DNA of 48,370 nt, the filler included, from Catajapyx aquilonaris (lineage: Eukaryota), in NCBI GenBank assembly GCA_000934665.2. It is 2 parts of 2 records of this genome, joined end to end, with 100 filler letters (N's around TTAATTAATTAA, not from the genome) between each part and the next. Parts side by side here need not be neighbours in the genome. Positions count along the whole stretch, not along the records: positions 1 to 29,316 come from JYFJ02006568.1; 1 more part is not named here. One strand, 5' to 3'. Position 1 is the stretch's first letter. Every line of letters begins with the position of its first letter. A model generated the notes under the pieces. The model was not told the origin of the DNA. It searched no databases and saw nothing but the letters and a program-made list of their open reading frames with translations. Positions 12,626 to 24,779 of this stretch are shown in pieces. The position numbers and the translations under genes are program-made.

Positions 12626-13548
12626 CGAGGGGTGTTATATAAGTTCGTGGTTTCAAGTAGACATACGCGAGACATGACAAAGAAACAATTTTATTTCTCA
12701 ACATAGTACCCACACCGGTCAATACACTTTGTCCATCTTCGTGGCAACTTCTCCAAACCGCTCTGGTAGAAGGAAGAATCTCACCCCCCCAAGACGTCCT
12801 CCACAGCTGCCTTGACCTCTTCGTCACTCCCATGGAGTCGACCCCGCAGGTGTTTTTTCATGTTCGGGAACAGGTAGAGGTACCCAGGTTTCATCCTGTG
12901 TGACCAGAGGAGCGTAAAATCCTTCTGCATCAGCATTCGGCGGGTCCAAATTTAATATTGTGAAATCTCCCGACGCGCCGCCTTCTGTTCTGGCGACAAC
13001 ATTCGGGGTACCCATCGTGTTGACACCTTCCACAGGCGCAGGTGGTCATGTAGTATGGTGTGAATGGAAAATGTTGAGATGCCCACCACCTCAGCAAGGT
13101 ACCTGATAGTCAGTCTTCGGTCTCCCATCACTAGTTCCTCCACTTTGGCCACATTTTCTTCAGTGGTGGAACACACGGGTCTTCCGGAGCGGGGGTCGTC
13201 TTCTAGGCTGTCTCGGCCGTGTTTGGAAAGGGCAATCCACTTCTGGATCATGCTGTAGGATGGTGCATCGCCAGCCAATGTATCCTTCATGTCCTCAAAG
13301 ATGTCCTTCGCACCCATTCCCTTCGCCACCAGGTACTGGATGACCGCGCGATGTGTGATGTTCGCCATCTTCACAAAATGCTGCGTACCCTTTCACATCC
13401 GAATTATTTCTGAACCCAAGGACTTTGACACCTATGTCAATTGGGTGGATATAGGGGTTTGAAGGGTGGCTCGATTTAATGGCGATGTTTAGCTTCCGCA
13501 TTTGCTTCTCCTTCTAGGCGAAACCACGAACTTATATAACACCCCTCG
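12626..13548 (-). mobile_element. Internally deleted mariner transposon (defective transposase)
   Basis: TA TSD and perfect 29-bp TIR CGAGGGGTGTTATATAAGTTCGTGGTTTC. ORF 12952-13374 has the HTH, DDPRSGRP and WVPRML motifs. After a frameshift, TQDETWV abuts YLFPNMKKHLRG...CGYYVEK, so the 2nd and 3rd catalytic Asp are deleted; there is also an internal stop. Confidence 0.95.
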
Positions 13549-14611
13549 TATTATTCATGCATACTGGCCTGTTCAGCAGTGCCAAGGCAACATGCACATA
13601 TACTTCTTGTCAGCGCAGGAGTAACAAAGAATTGGATTAAAAAATACGTCTGTGCGAAACGCACCCCTGCGCCATCTGTTGAGACTTTTTAAGAATTTAA
13701 ATCTCTGCATGGTATGGCAAGAGGGTCCCATATATGACCTCAGGATCAAGCCTAGACACTACACGATGTTACTCACTAGATTAGTCACGTGTGGTCCCGC
13801 AAATGACAACACAAGCGATTTTTTTGCTGATTCTTGCAAAAACACGAAAAAAATGATAGTCTAATTAGGGTTAAAATATACAGAATATCTACCTTGAGAT
13901 CCTACCTTGACGAATTTGCTGAAATCGTCATACTGTACTTTGTGAGAATGAAATTAATACTTATCTGCTGCTTTCCTGTTACTTAAGAAAATACCCAAAT
14001 TTCTTTAATTCTCGCGACGATTTCAGCAAATTCGTCTGATTTGTTTCTCAAGGAAGAAATTCTGTATATTTTAACATATTTAATGATTAGAGAACGGATT
14101 TCTAGGTTTCTACCTACTTTTCATTCTGGAGGCGGATCACCGGAACCGAAATATCTATCCTTTTTATAACACAAAGACCTCAAAAATCGTAGTTTTATAA
14201 AACCTAAAATGGCCTATTATCGCCTATTTTCACCTTTTTGACTCCGTTCTGTAAGTTTTTCGAGGGGTTTGCAGGCTTTCCGTTCAAGGCATCCCTCCAG
14301 CTTCAACCTGTGAAGGGCTAAGAAGCTGTAACCATAGAAGACATTTCACTTTTCAAGTATGATCAAGTTACTTCGTGTGACGTCAAAATGTCATTTTCTG
14401 CATACAAAGATTTATTGTCAGACGACTAACTGCGATTAACCAGCGAAAATACGTAACTCACAATAATTTTTTTCGAGCCAAGGGAGGATGTCTTGTGTTT
14501 CTCTCCCTTTGTCGTGATTTTTGGGTCATCTGCATGCCTCCACAAATTTACATACACGGAGCTTCAAAACGTGGTAAAGGTGATCTTTGTAACTTTCCAG
14601 TGTTTGAATAA

Positions 14612-14949
14612 TTGATTGATATTGATAGGGTATTCGGCTAGCCCCAGAGGGGCCTTCTGCCAGACCTTTATTTCGATGGTACAGTTTTTGGGAATCCTAT
14701 TTTTGAAGCGCCCGGGCCCACGGGCAGGATGACAGGAGGGGATGTGCAAAGTGCAGTGAATCTGACGCTGTGGCCATTTTTAGTGAACTCCCCCGGGTGG
14801 TTTAGTCTGTAGGATATACCACCCGAGACGAAGCCAGAGGTGACCCTGAACTCTGCACGAGATGAAGGGGGTGTCCCCGGGCTGGGATCGAACCCGGGAC
14901 CTTAACATGCGTGGGCGCGCGCACGTTACCGCGGCGCCACTCCGTCTCC
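14612..14949 (-). mobile_element. tRNA-derived SINE, copy 2 (intact)
   Basis: Same head and core as copy 1; B box GGTTCGATCCC; 15-bp TSD CCAGTGTTTGAATAA at 14597-14611 and 14950-14964; (TCAA)-type tail. Confidence 0.92.
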
Positions 14950-15201
14950 CCAGTGTTTGAATAAAACAGACATGAAAGTTCAACTGCTTTTTGCATAAGT
15001 TCCTATTCTTTTGTCTAACCCCCTGCATCTTGTCCTTATCTTCAGAATATGTGTAATCGAAAATCGAGACGATTTTGGTATAGCTGGTAGCAAAGAGGTT
15101 AATGTGCTTCGGTGTGATGCTGGTAACTCTTGGGCTGTGACAGGACAAGGCACCAGGCATCCGAGGCATTCTTTAAGCTCATGGACACATTTTTGTTTCA
15201 G

Positions 15202-15264
15202 GCAAAAGCATCTGGCCTGATCAACCTTGGCTTGGGACCAGCCACATGCAAGTGCGATGAATAG
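15202..15264 (+). CDS. COX7B: Terminal coding exon of the COX7B-like gene
   Basis: ttttgtttcag acceptor, phase 0 as required. Encodes AKASGLINLGLGPATCKCDE*, matching the KxSGxI C-terminus of the family. Confidence 0.75.
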   Translation, partial: AKASGLINLGLGPATCKCDE

Positions 15265-15340
15265 ACCAAAGGAGATGTTCCTATGATTGCCCTCCATCAG
15301 GTGTGGGGTGGGTGGAGGTGGCATCAATTAGTCATTTTAT

Positions 15341-16331
15341 GTTATGGGAGTTAATTAGTAAGTTTACGGAAGATTCCCACACCCGGTATTTCTCACATAT
15401 GTTTGTCTCATTATTGCTATTGCTCTGAGGGCTATGGCATGTGTAAATCCCCTGGAGTTCACAGCTAATGGCAATTTACATGGAATCATGCAGATGTAAA
15501 TACCCAAGTAGTGTTTGTCATTCTCATGAAATGCATTTCATAAATCTTCAGGAGTTCACAAATAACCGAAACTGTTATGGGAGTTAATTAGTAGGTTTGC
15601 AGAAGTTTCCTACACCCGGTATTTATCACTTACATGTATTTGTCTCATTATTGCTATTGCTCTGAGGGCCATGGCATGTGTAAATCCCCTGGAGTTCATA
15701 TCTAATGGCAAGTTACATGGAATCGAGCAGATGTAAATCCCCAATTAGTGTTTGCCATTCTCATGAAATGCATTTCATAAATCTGCAGGGTCTCACAAAT
15801 AACCGAAACTGTTATGGGAGTTAATTAGCAGGTTTGCAGAAGTTTCCTACACCATGGAATCGAGCAGATGTAAATCCCCAATTAGTGTTTGCCATTCTCG
15901 TGAAATGCATTTCATAAATCTGCAGGGTCTCACAAATAACCGAAACTGTTATGGGAGTTAATTAGCAGGTTTGCAGAAGTTTCCTACACCATGGAATCGA
16001 GCAGATGTAAATCCCCAATTAGTGTTTGCCATTCTCATGAAATGCATTTCATAAATCTGCAGGGTCTCACAAATAACCGAAACTGTTATGGGAGTTAATT
16101 AGCAGGTTTGCAGAAGTTTCCTACACCCAGTATTTATCACTTACATGTATTTGTCTCATTATTGCTATTGCTCTGAGGGCTATGGCATGTGTAAATCCCC
16201 TGGAGTTCATAGCTAATGGCAATTTACATGGAATCATGCAGATGTAAATCCCCCAATTAGTTAATAAAGAGCTGCCATTCTCATGAAATGCATTTGACAA
16301 ATCTCTCTATGAGTTCACAAATAACCAAAAC
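15341..16331. repeat. Tandem array of five units (233, 237, 137, 137, ~247 bp); degenerate subrepeats continue to ~16580
   Basis: Units start GTTATGGGAGTTAATTAG at 15341, 15574, 15811, 15948 and 16085; the short units lack a 100-bp block. Confidence 0.93.
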
Positions 16332-17912
16332 GGCATGAATCATGCCAATATAAATACCCATTTAGTAAGTTAGTAATTGCCATTCACATGGTATGTCTTC
16401 GGATAAATCCCTAGAGGTTCATAAGTGAATACTGCTCACATGGAATGTATGTAGAAAAATCCCCAAGAATTCACAAGTAACTGAAACTGCATAATTTTCA
16501 TGCTGATGTAAATCCCCAGTTGGTAACTGCCATTCACATGAAATGTATTCAGCTATAAATCTTCACAAGTGGCTAAAAACTGCAATAAAAATGAAATATA
16601 TGTTGAAATGAAATATCCAGGTGAAACATTCATAAATTACTATGATTGATTTGAAAAAATGTGGCGTGACCAATAACAGCACAGCAGTCAAAAGAGTAGA
16701 AATCCTGCTGAAGGTGGCATGACCTTCTGGAGGAGGAGGTGGCACCAATAACTCAACCAGTCAAGGTAAGAAAATCTTAACACCATATTGTCGACATTAA
16801 GGAAAATGGGTGAATAGACCCTTTTCCAAGTTTACAGGAGAGGCAAAATTAGGTTGAAAGTACAAGGGCCAATCAAAAGAAATTGAGACTGATTTTTTAT
16901 GTGATAAAGAGAATTACTTCTTGGCTCGCGGTGAGTAGCAGCGTGTCCAGTCTGGATTGAAGTATTAGAACACCAATTCTTGTTCGAATATTCCAAAATT
17001 CCAGGTCAGTTCCAGGCGATGCGATGGTGACAGCAGAAGTATAGACCTAGGTTCACATTCGCCTCCCCTCTGCCAGGTGTTGGTGGTGAAGACCAAAATT
17101 CAGCATTTAGGTTTTGCTTCCGTTTTGAATAAAACAGCTAAAGAGGTGTACAACATGCTAAGATTGTGAACAGCAGATACTGGTGACCTTGTGAGGCCAC
17201 AAGCCGTTTCAACTCTTCGCAACACTGACTTCAAATCCGAAAGGGGTTTTCCTCGAGAAGTTAGGGCTTCCCACACGTGAGAGAAGCAGGCTCTTCCAGT
17301 TGAATTGCAACATGTAGCCTGATCAACGTCAACGACAACGACAGGTTACCTGAGCAAACAAACCACAACCACTATTCTTACATACTGTACATAGAGTAAA
17401 TCGAACGTCACACACATCCAAAACGGAGAATTGCAACACATTGCCTGGTCAACATCAACAAAGAACAACAAATCTCATGTACAGTGTGGCCCCTGTACGG
17501 TTTTTATGCTCTAAATTTGATTCACTGGAGTTGGGCCCTTTCTCGTCTTGCCTATTCAATTCCCTTTATCATATTAAAAAAATCAGTCTTAATTTGTTTT
17601 GATTAGTCCTTGCATCCTCACAAATCACAGCATCATTGTAAGCTCACTGTTCCACCTATATACATTTGTAATTTCACCAAAACCTGCGGTGGGTGATTTC
17701 ACCTTCAAATACGCATTTTCACAATTTTCTGAAAAATGGTCTATTCGCACTTTCTCCTTAATGCTGACAATATATCCCAGAGAAACTTGAATAAAATGTC
17801 CTCATGTTCTTTCAAACTGCAACACGAGCAACTACTATAATCCGTAATCCTTTGTGGACCCTCTCTGAAATGTAGCTTCTTATGCTCTACAAGTCTAGAT
17901 CATGCTCTAGAA

Positions 17913-18157
17913 CAGTGTGGTTCCCAACCTTTTCCGGGTCGCGACCCCCTTTTATGATAGTCAAGTAACCTGCGCCCCCGCCCCCCGAGTATTAGTAGAA
18001 GATTAATGTAGTGTAGACATATTGAAACATTAAATATAATTTTTTTAAAAACCTTCGTGGTAAAATTTCCTATAAAATTTATTACAAGTAAAAATTACCG
18101 TGGCCACAGCGCGAACCCCTGGAAAAGGCTTCGCTACCCACAGGTTGGGAACCACTG
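17913..18157. mobile_element. hAT (Buster/Charlie-like) MITE
   Basis: Termini CAGTG(TG)GTTCCCAACC / GGTTGGGAACCACTG; 8-bp TSD CTCTAGAA with central TA. Confidence 0.9.
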
Positions 18158-18393
18158 CTCTAGAATTTAGATATTCAGTGCATAACCTTAATCAGTCCAT
18201 GCTCTGCTGCGTCCAGTAACAAATGAAACATTTATAGACTACATGTTTAGCACAGGGTCACAGTCTCATGCCCTGTATTAATCTATTACCAGTTAAATAA
18301 TTGTCCTTGCACATCATGTATGTAGTAGGCTATTTTTCTCTCTCCTGTTTTCAATAAGATATTACAAGTACTTTGCAGGGTAAGCATTATTGT

Positions 18394-18986
18394 CACAATG
18401 GGGAACTAGCCTTGGTCTGGGATTTGGGATTTTTGTTCATAACTAGCTAGCCCATGCCCGTAAACATACATTCCATCACTCTGTTGCATCAAAATGACAT
18501 TACTGGATAAATTACGGCACATTTAAAAGTGCCTTCAAAATTGGCGGGAAAAACGCGGAGGCCAATCGAAAGGGTACACCGAAATCATCGAGGTGGAGAA
18601 AGGGGGCCTTCATGTGCCGAATTCGGGTGACAGATAATTCCTACCAGTTGGCACCACTGTCAGCACAGAAGCGACTGAAGCGGCCTGGAATAAATACGCG
18701 CCCAGGCCACTATCTTCCTCACGGAATGGGACGGTTGCTAACACGAGCGAAGCGTTTTACAACAATGACGGGGCGCGTTCTATAACACCATTTTTGCGTT
18801 CATTTCACTTCGCGTGACGTCAACATTTTCTAGGGAAACAGTAACGTCACCATTTCCCTACATAAAAACCCCAATTACTCCGGAACGGGAACTGATATCT
18901 TAAAACGGAATATGCCAAAAAAATCCAAAAAATGTGGGCGAATTTATTATGTAGTTTCCAAAATGAAGGCTAGTTCCCCATTGGTG
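18394..18986. mobile_element. TIR element, possibly Transib-like
   Basis: CACAATGGGGAACTAGCCTT ... AAGGCTAGTTCCCCATTG(G)TG; no TSD found. Confidence 0.6.
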
Positions 18987-19161
18987 AAACTACCATATGA
19001 GACAATGCAATAAAGGCCCACCAACGGGAACTGATATCTTAAAACGGAATATGCCAAAAAAATCCAAAAAATGTGGGCGAATTTATTATGTAGTTTCCAA
19101 AATGAAGGCTAGTTCCCCATTGGTGAAACTACCATATGAGACAATGCAATAAAGGCCCACC
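18884..19161. repeat. Exact 139-bp tandem duplication
   Basis: 18884-19022 is repeated at 19023-19161 and spans the element's right end plus flank. Confidence 0.9.
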
Positions 19162-19371
19162 TGTCAATTTTTGCGGAAATTCTCATATGTCATGCTTTCC
19201 TTCCTTTGATGGCTGTCCATCCGTGGAAAATGCACTACGTAACTATCTCCTCTGTGCTCCCCGACCGTAAATTCACCGACAACGATACGGTGCCCTAAGA
19301 TGGTTTACTATATATCCACTAGATGTCACTAGGGGGAATTGGGAGTTGGGAACAGGGGACCATGGAGGAAG

Positions 19372-21797
19372 GGTAGCGCCTTTAGAGGCCTGGCCAATCA
19401 GCGCGAAGCACCCGCGTGACGTCACGTGGGTGGAAAAAATATCCCGCTTATTATGAAAGACATGCTCTGGGCATATCAGGCATGGGGAAACGGGCTTTGT
19501 GCCTGCGATTTGAGACGGATAACTCAAGTCAAGTGTCACTGTACGGTGCGTTCTGGTTGAGGGGCATGTGCCCAGTACTCACCCATCACTGTCGCCCACC
19601 ACCGCACCGGAGTGAAAACGGCCGGGCTGCTGACTGCTGGAGGCTGGACCCACTTCCTTCGGTCGCCTCGCCTCGCCACTGCACTGCCCGGTCCCTTTAG
19701 TCCTATAGTTTTTGATGGAATCATGCACTAGAGCCTAAATCGATTTTTTCCACGTTCCGGGCACCTTATGGAGTATTTTCAGGGTTTGAGCAACTACTAA
19801 AAGTTTCGGGGAATTTTTGTACAGTCGCGCAATTGTAAAAAATAAAAAATAAAAATGAGTAATGAAAATCGTATGTTATCGGCATATCTGATGGAGTGAG
19901 GTAGTCGTTTTCGTGTCATTTCCTCGGTTTTCAGGGTAGAGGAACTCAATTATGACATTCCCAAAACCCTCAGATGTCAACTTTTGTTGTCCGGAGTACG
20001 TGAGTTCCGATTGGAGCTGTCTGTCGTCTATCGCCATCCATCTCTTCTGCTATGTCACTTGAGTTTTTTCGAATGTTATTGACTATTGTGTCTCTCTAAC
20101 ACACGAAATATTAATGTTTTGTAAACTTAGAAGTATCCAGTACAGTTATAGAAATTGCTTGGGTAAAATGGAGTAATTCCAACAACAAATGGAATCTTCT
20201 GTCATTTCTGAAGTACAGTACGTACTACGTACTGTTCAAAACTGCAGAAAATGGAATCTAAAAATTACACTGTACTCCCGATTATCCGGGCTAATGACTG
20301 CACAGGTGTCGTCGGATAATCGGAAAACACAGATAATCGTAAAATGGTCATAATAATCATCGTAACAATGAGCTAATCACAGGTTTAATGTGTATACTCG
20401 TTTAATGTACTACTGTGGTACTACAGTAGTATATTAAAAGAGACGTCTATATGGCATATGATGCTTTAAATAAGGTTTAATAAAAATAGTAGGCTAAAAC
20501 CTTCCATGGCTCTTTAGTTTGCCTTCTAGAAAAAGTATATGTTAAATATCTTTGTTTGCCAGAGTCGACATTTTTCGGACTTTTCTTGTTTTTGGTTTTT
20601 GTTTCGGGGATGCCCGGACAATCAGAAACGCGGATAATCCGCACCCGAATAATCGGTAGTACAGTGTGCATCACTAGGAAGAAGCTCTTCTCTTTTCAGC
20701 TCGTTACTTATTTTACGTTAAAAGGAAAATAGCAGAGAAAGCACTGTAATAAATTAATGATAATATAATTTCCCAGCAAGTGTTGAAATTGCCCCCCACG
20801 GGGCAATTCCAACAGCATGTCGGGCGTTACGGAAAAGGACCACTTGTAAAAGCTTGTACATCTTAAGCAAATAAAGGTACCGTGCCAGATGCCCAATTAG
20901 GGTGGTGCACTAACCCAATTAATTAATTATTATTAATTCCAACAGCATGCTATATGATAGGGAATGGTCAGTAGCAGTTATTAGCTCTTGGTAGCAAGTT
21001 GTCAGTAGCAAGGTCAGTAGTTAGTGTTGTATTTACTCCAGATGATTTCAATATGCAACACCGGAACTTTTAAAAATGTGCAGGCATCTTAATAATTTTA
21101 TCATCATCGCAGAAGATGTACTGGATGGCAGTAGACGACAGACAGCTCCGATCGGAACTCACGTACTCCGGACAACAAAAGTTGACATCTGAGGGTTTTT
21201 GGGAATGTCATAATTATTGAGTTCCTCTACCCTGAAAACCGAGGAAATGACACAAAAACGACTACCTCACTCCATCAGATATATGCCGAAAACATGCGAT
21301 TTTCACTTACTTTTTAAAAAAAATTTATTATACAGTTGCGCGACTGTACAAAAATTAACCGAAACTTTTAGTGTGGTTGCTCGAACCCTGAATATACTCC
21401 ATACGGTGTCTAGAACGCGGAAAAAATCGATTTAGGCTCTAAGTGCATGATTCCATCAAAAACTATAGGTCTAAAGGGACCGGGCAGTGCAGTGGCGAGG
21501 CGAGGCGACACGCGACAGAAGGAAGTGGGTCCAGCAGGCAGCAGCCGGGCCGTTTTCGCTCCGGTGCGGTGGTGGGCGACAGTGATGGGTGAGTACTGGG
21601 CACATGCCCCTCAACCAGAACGCACAGTACAGTGACACTTGACTTGAGTTATCCGTCTCAAAGTCAAATCGCAGGCACAAAGCCCGTTTCCCCATGCCCA
21701 GAGCATATCTTTCATAATAAGCGGGAGATTTTTTTCCACCCACGTGACGTCACGCGGGTGCTTCGCGCTGATTGGCCCGGCCCCTAGCGGCGATACC
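19372..21797. mobile_element. Foldback-type element or inverted pair with ~680-bp arms (19372-20050, 21108-21797)
   Basis: Arms are clear reverse complements (ORF-track peptides 19416/21471 and 19536/21447 match); no transposase. Confidence 0.85.
20268..20666. mobile_element. TA-type MITE (Tc1/pogo-like) in the foldback spacer
   Basis: TIR CACTGTACT(C)CCGATTAT / ATAATCGGTAGTACAGTG, with repeated CGGATAATC subterminal motifs. Confidence 0.7.
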
Positions 21798-22209
21798 TCT
21801 AGTCATTCTATATACTTTATTACTTTGCTTGGGACACCATATTGAATATTCATCGATTTCATCTTCAGAAGGTGGTGTGAAGGACTGTCTTGCGATTTGC
21901 AGCTTCTCAGGTGATGGACTTATTCTAATTTTAACAGCACAGTGCGTATGAGGCAGCGTATGATGCGAAGGCCGGGGGGTGCATTGCTATATTCGACCAC
22001 ACCCGTAAATAATTAGGCACATGGATCAAGGTGCAACAAACTACACAAAAATAACAAATTTGTGTGAAATTTGCGATGACTAAAAGGGCCCCCAATACTT
22101 GGAACACACTTTGGCATGAATGACACCTGACGCGACTAGGCATGAAGTGGTCTGTAATGTAAACTTGCAGTGAAACTTTCCAGCATTGCTCAATAAAGTG
22201 CTTCCTAAT

Positions 22210-22476
22210 CATTTTCGTTGGTGACCCCAGAAAACCGTCTCGTAAAATTCGTGACCCCTAATTTTCAATTCAACCCTACCCCTCTGAGGGGTAGTCGATG
22301 ACAATAATTTATTGTCGTTAAATTAATACATCTTGTTTAGGGGCATATTTTTCCAGAGTGATAGAGGATCAAATTTTTTGAAAATATAATTTTTATAATT
22401 TTTTACCCACCAGCAACCCCAAATATTATGTTCGTGACCCCAAATGGGATTGCGACCCACAGTTTGGGAACCACTG
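22210..22476. mobile_element. One end of a hAT MITE
   Basis: Ends GCGACCCACAGTTTGGGAACCACTG like the 17913 element and has GACCCC subterminal motifs; the other end was not found. Confidence 0.5.
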
Positions 22477-22524
22477 CCATATAGTATCTGAGCCAAATAA
22501 TTACCAATGTTCTCTTGGGAGCAG

Positions 22525-22651
22525 ATGCCATACATGGAGGAGGGGCGCAGCCGCAGCCACAGTAGCAGTGGCAGCAGCTATGCCAGGGGTGATGACAGAG
22601 ACTACCGGAGCCCTTCCCATGATGGTTACAGACTACACGTGGCAGACTTGA
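22525..22651 (+). CDS. First recognisable coding exon of an SR-type RRM RNA-binding protein (SRSF3/7- or Rbp1/Rsf1-like)
   Basis: cag/ATG start; MPYMEEGRSRSHSSSGSSYARGDDRDYRSPSHDGYRLHVADL includes RNP2; donor A/gtgagt is phase 1 and joins in frame to 28407. Confidence 0.85.
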
Positions 22652-22824
22652 GTGAGTCATTGTCTCAAGTTTTAGGGTTATTTGTTTGTCAGGTGTTTGC
22701 TGGTACAGCAACTGACATGTCTATGCCAGTGCAGAGGTGAAAAGATGTTCAGCAGTAAAAGCCCCAGAATGAAGGCGCACCTCTTAAGGGTAGTTTTTGC
22801 ATGTTAGCAGAAAGTGGTGCATTA

Positions 22825-23106
22825 AGCTGCATTTACATGTGGGTGATTTGATTGGCGGTGTCATCGCCGAGCCATGAAATCCTAATGAAAGCAGTGATTT
22901 GGGCCTAAAGTAGCCATGGTGTTTAAGAAGGGAGGGCATCGGAAATGACATTGCTCAGGTCTGTTTGAAATAGACGCTGGCGATTACATCGGCTTGTAAA
23001 CACACTGGTGATGTATAAGTGCTACAGCTTGCATCATGACTCCAGAACCGCTACAACTCACAGGCAATGACATCGCCGATCAAATTGCCCACATGTAAAC
23101 ACGGCT
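22825..23106. mobile_element. PIF/Harbinger-like MITE, copy 1
   Basis: TTA TSD; ~45-bp imperfect TIR; second copy at 38827-39137. Confidence 0.8.
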
Positions 23107-23915
23107 TTATTCCATTGCATGAAAATTGAAGCCTTTTCAATTTTATAACATTATCAAATGGGGCTTATGATGTGACATTGATTTCCCTATTATGGACCAA
23201 TGCAGTTGAAGAACTACCTTCACATTGACAGTACCATTATTAGAAGGATCTTAGGCCTGTAGCAAACGAGGGGATTTGGGAGGAGAGAAGTTGCCTGGCC
23301 CCCGCCTGAGCGTTCAGGTTTCCCCCAAGTTGAACCATGTTAGAAATTTGGGCATGATCTTGGCGCATGCGCTGTATGCTTTTTCGAGTGGATTCACGGA
23401 CAACTTGTTTCTCCCGAATCCCCCCATTTGCGCCAGCCCTTATATTTATGCTTGTGACACTTTCACAAGGGTTGTCCAACAATTATTGGCAACACAGCTG
23501 CAATTTGCGCATCAGTATGGGTGCACTTGTGAATATGTCATATTCCCTCGATGTAGTCTTCAGCAAATTTTATCACATTTTTCCATATCCCTGGTTGTGT
23601 TCGAATGCCATCAGCAATTGTATTTTAAAAACCTTAGGGTGGAATTTTCGTCTCACTATTAGCCACTGTTTAGAGGTTCTGTGACTGTTACACTGGCCTT
23701 GCTATTTACATTAGGGTTAGCTTGAGAATGAGTCTTAACTATCACCTATCATCTATCATCTATACCTTAGCCCTTTCATGTCAAATGTGTTAAATGTGCC
23801 AAAGCAACCTTGCTATATAGAGCTTTGCGCCATCTTCCCAAAAGGGCCACTTTTGCCTTTACACGGGCATAGGTACAGCCAGCCCCCTGACACAGCCCAC
23901 CTACATGTATGGTGA

Positions 23916-24423
23916 CGGTAGGTTAACACCTGTGTCCTGGCCAGACGGCGCTGATGGCGAATGTCCCTCCATTCTCTGCCGCCATCTTGAAGACCCATTC
24001 CGGTTGGCTGGCAAGTCAATCTGCCTACGGGTGGGTGCCAAAAAAAATATGCCGAAAAATAAGTACGGTACTGCTCGGTACTGCTAGCTATCTTTAGTCA
24101 TGTCTAAATGAAATAAATAGTACACTTGCAATGCTCGGTAAATGTGCAGAAGGCATTCTGGTCACACCAAAAATGTCAAGCGAGCAGGAGGTGATTGTAA
24201 AAGAGCATTGTAAGTGTACTATTTATTTCATTTAGACATGACTGAAGATAGCTAGCAGTACCGAGCAGTACCGTACTTATTTTTCGGCATATTTTTTTTG
24301 GCACCCACCCGTAGGCAGATTGACTTGCCAGCCAACCGGAATGGGTCTTCCAGATGGCGGCAGAGAATGGAGGGACATTCGCCATCAGCGCCGTCTGACC
24401 AGGACACAGGTGTTAACCTACCG
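23916..24423. mobile_element. Young hairpin MITE with ~220-bp near-identical arms
   Basis: 23915-24136 is the reverse complement of 24203-24424 with few mismatches; TA on the right flank. Confidence 0.88.
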
Positions 24424-24779
24424 TATTCGAGGAGTGTCATAGGCCTGGGTACAGCATAGGCAAAGGACCGAACCACAGTTCTAAATCTGGAGCTTACAGA
24501 GAAAAACTAACATCAGATTTGGATTCAGCACCCTCGAATTAGGTAAGAACAAGTGCCGCAAAAAATTTGTTGGCCAGTGTTATCTAAGGACGGATGGAAT
24601 TTTAGTGCTTCTGATTTATAGGCACTACTAAACATGGAACTGAGTAGTTAATACGACGGCCGTACTAAAATGATTTACAATTTATTTTTTTGCCACAAAT
24701 ACAATGCTCGTACAGGTCGGCAGATAGTCACATATTATAGAAGGAATCCTCCTGGAGCCGAATACACAGGAGTCATGGG

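Larger units (their letters stand above)
11207..13870. mobile_element. piggyBac-like non-autonomous element hosting two nested insertions
   Basis: TTAA-CCCTTATAGGAC ... GTCTAATTAGGG-TTAA; boundaries independently supported by reconstruction of the host hairpin. Confidence 0.75.
11188..14089. mobile_element. Small hairpin element split by a piggyBac-like insertion (pieces 11188-11206 and 13875-14089)
   Basis: Removing 11207-13874 restores the inverted arm TAATCATGAAATATGTTAAAATATACAGAAT, which pairs with ATTCTGTATATTTTAACATATTTAATGATTA. A related fragment lies at ~41770-41850. Confidence 0.75.

Noticed and set aside
12120..12833. 237-aa ORF, the longest in the track
   Set aside because: It crosses the boundaries of nested elements and an N; the frame is not the transposase frame.
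15341..16331. CRISPR-like array
   Set aside because: Eukaryotic context; whole units repeat with no unique spacers and no cas genes.
16620..17470. Possible non-coding exons or promoter (donor-like AAG/gtaag at 16765, CG/gtgagt at ~16930) linking the two left-hand genes
   Set aside because: Splice-like motifs alone are not evidence; needs RNA data.
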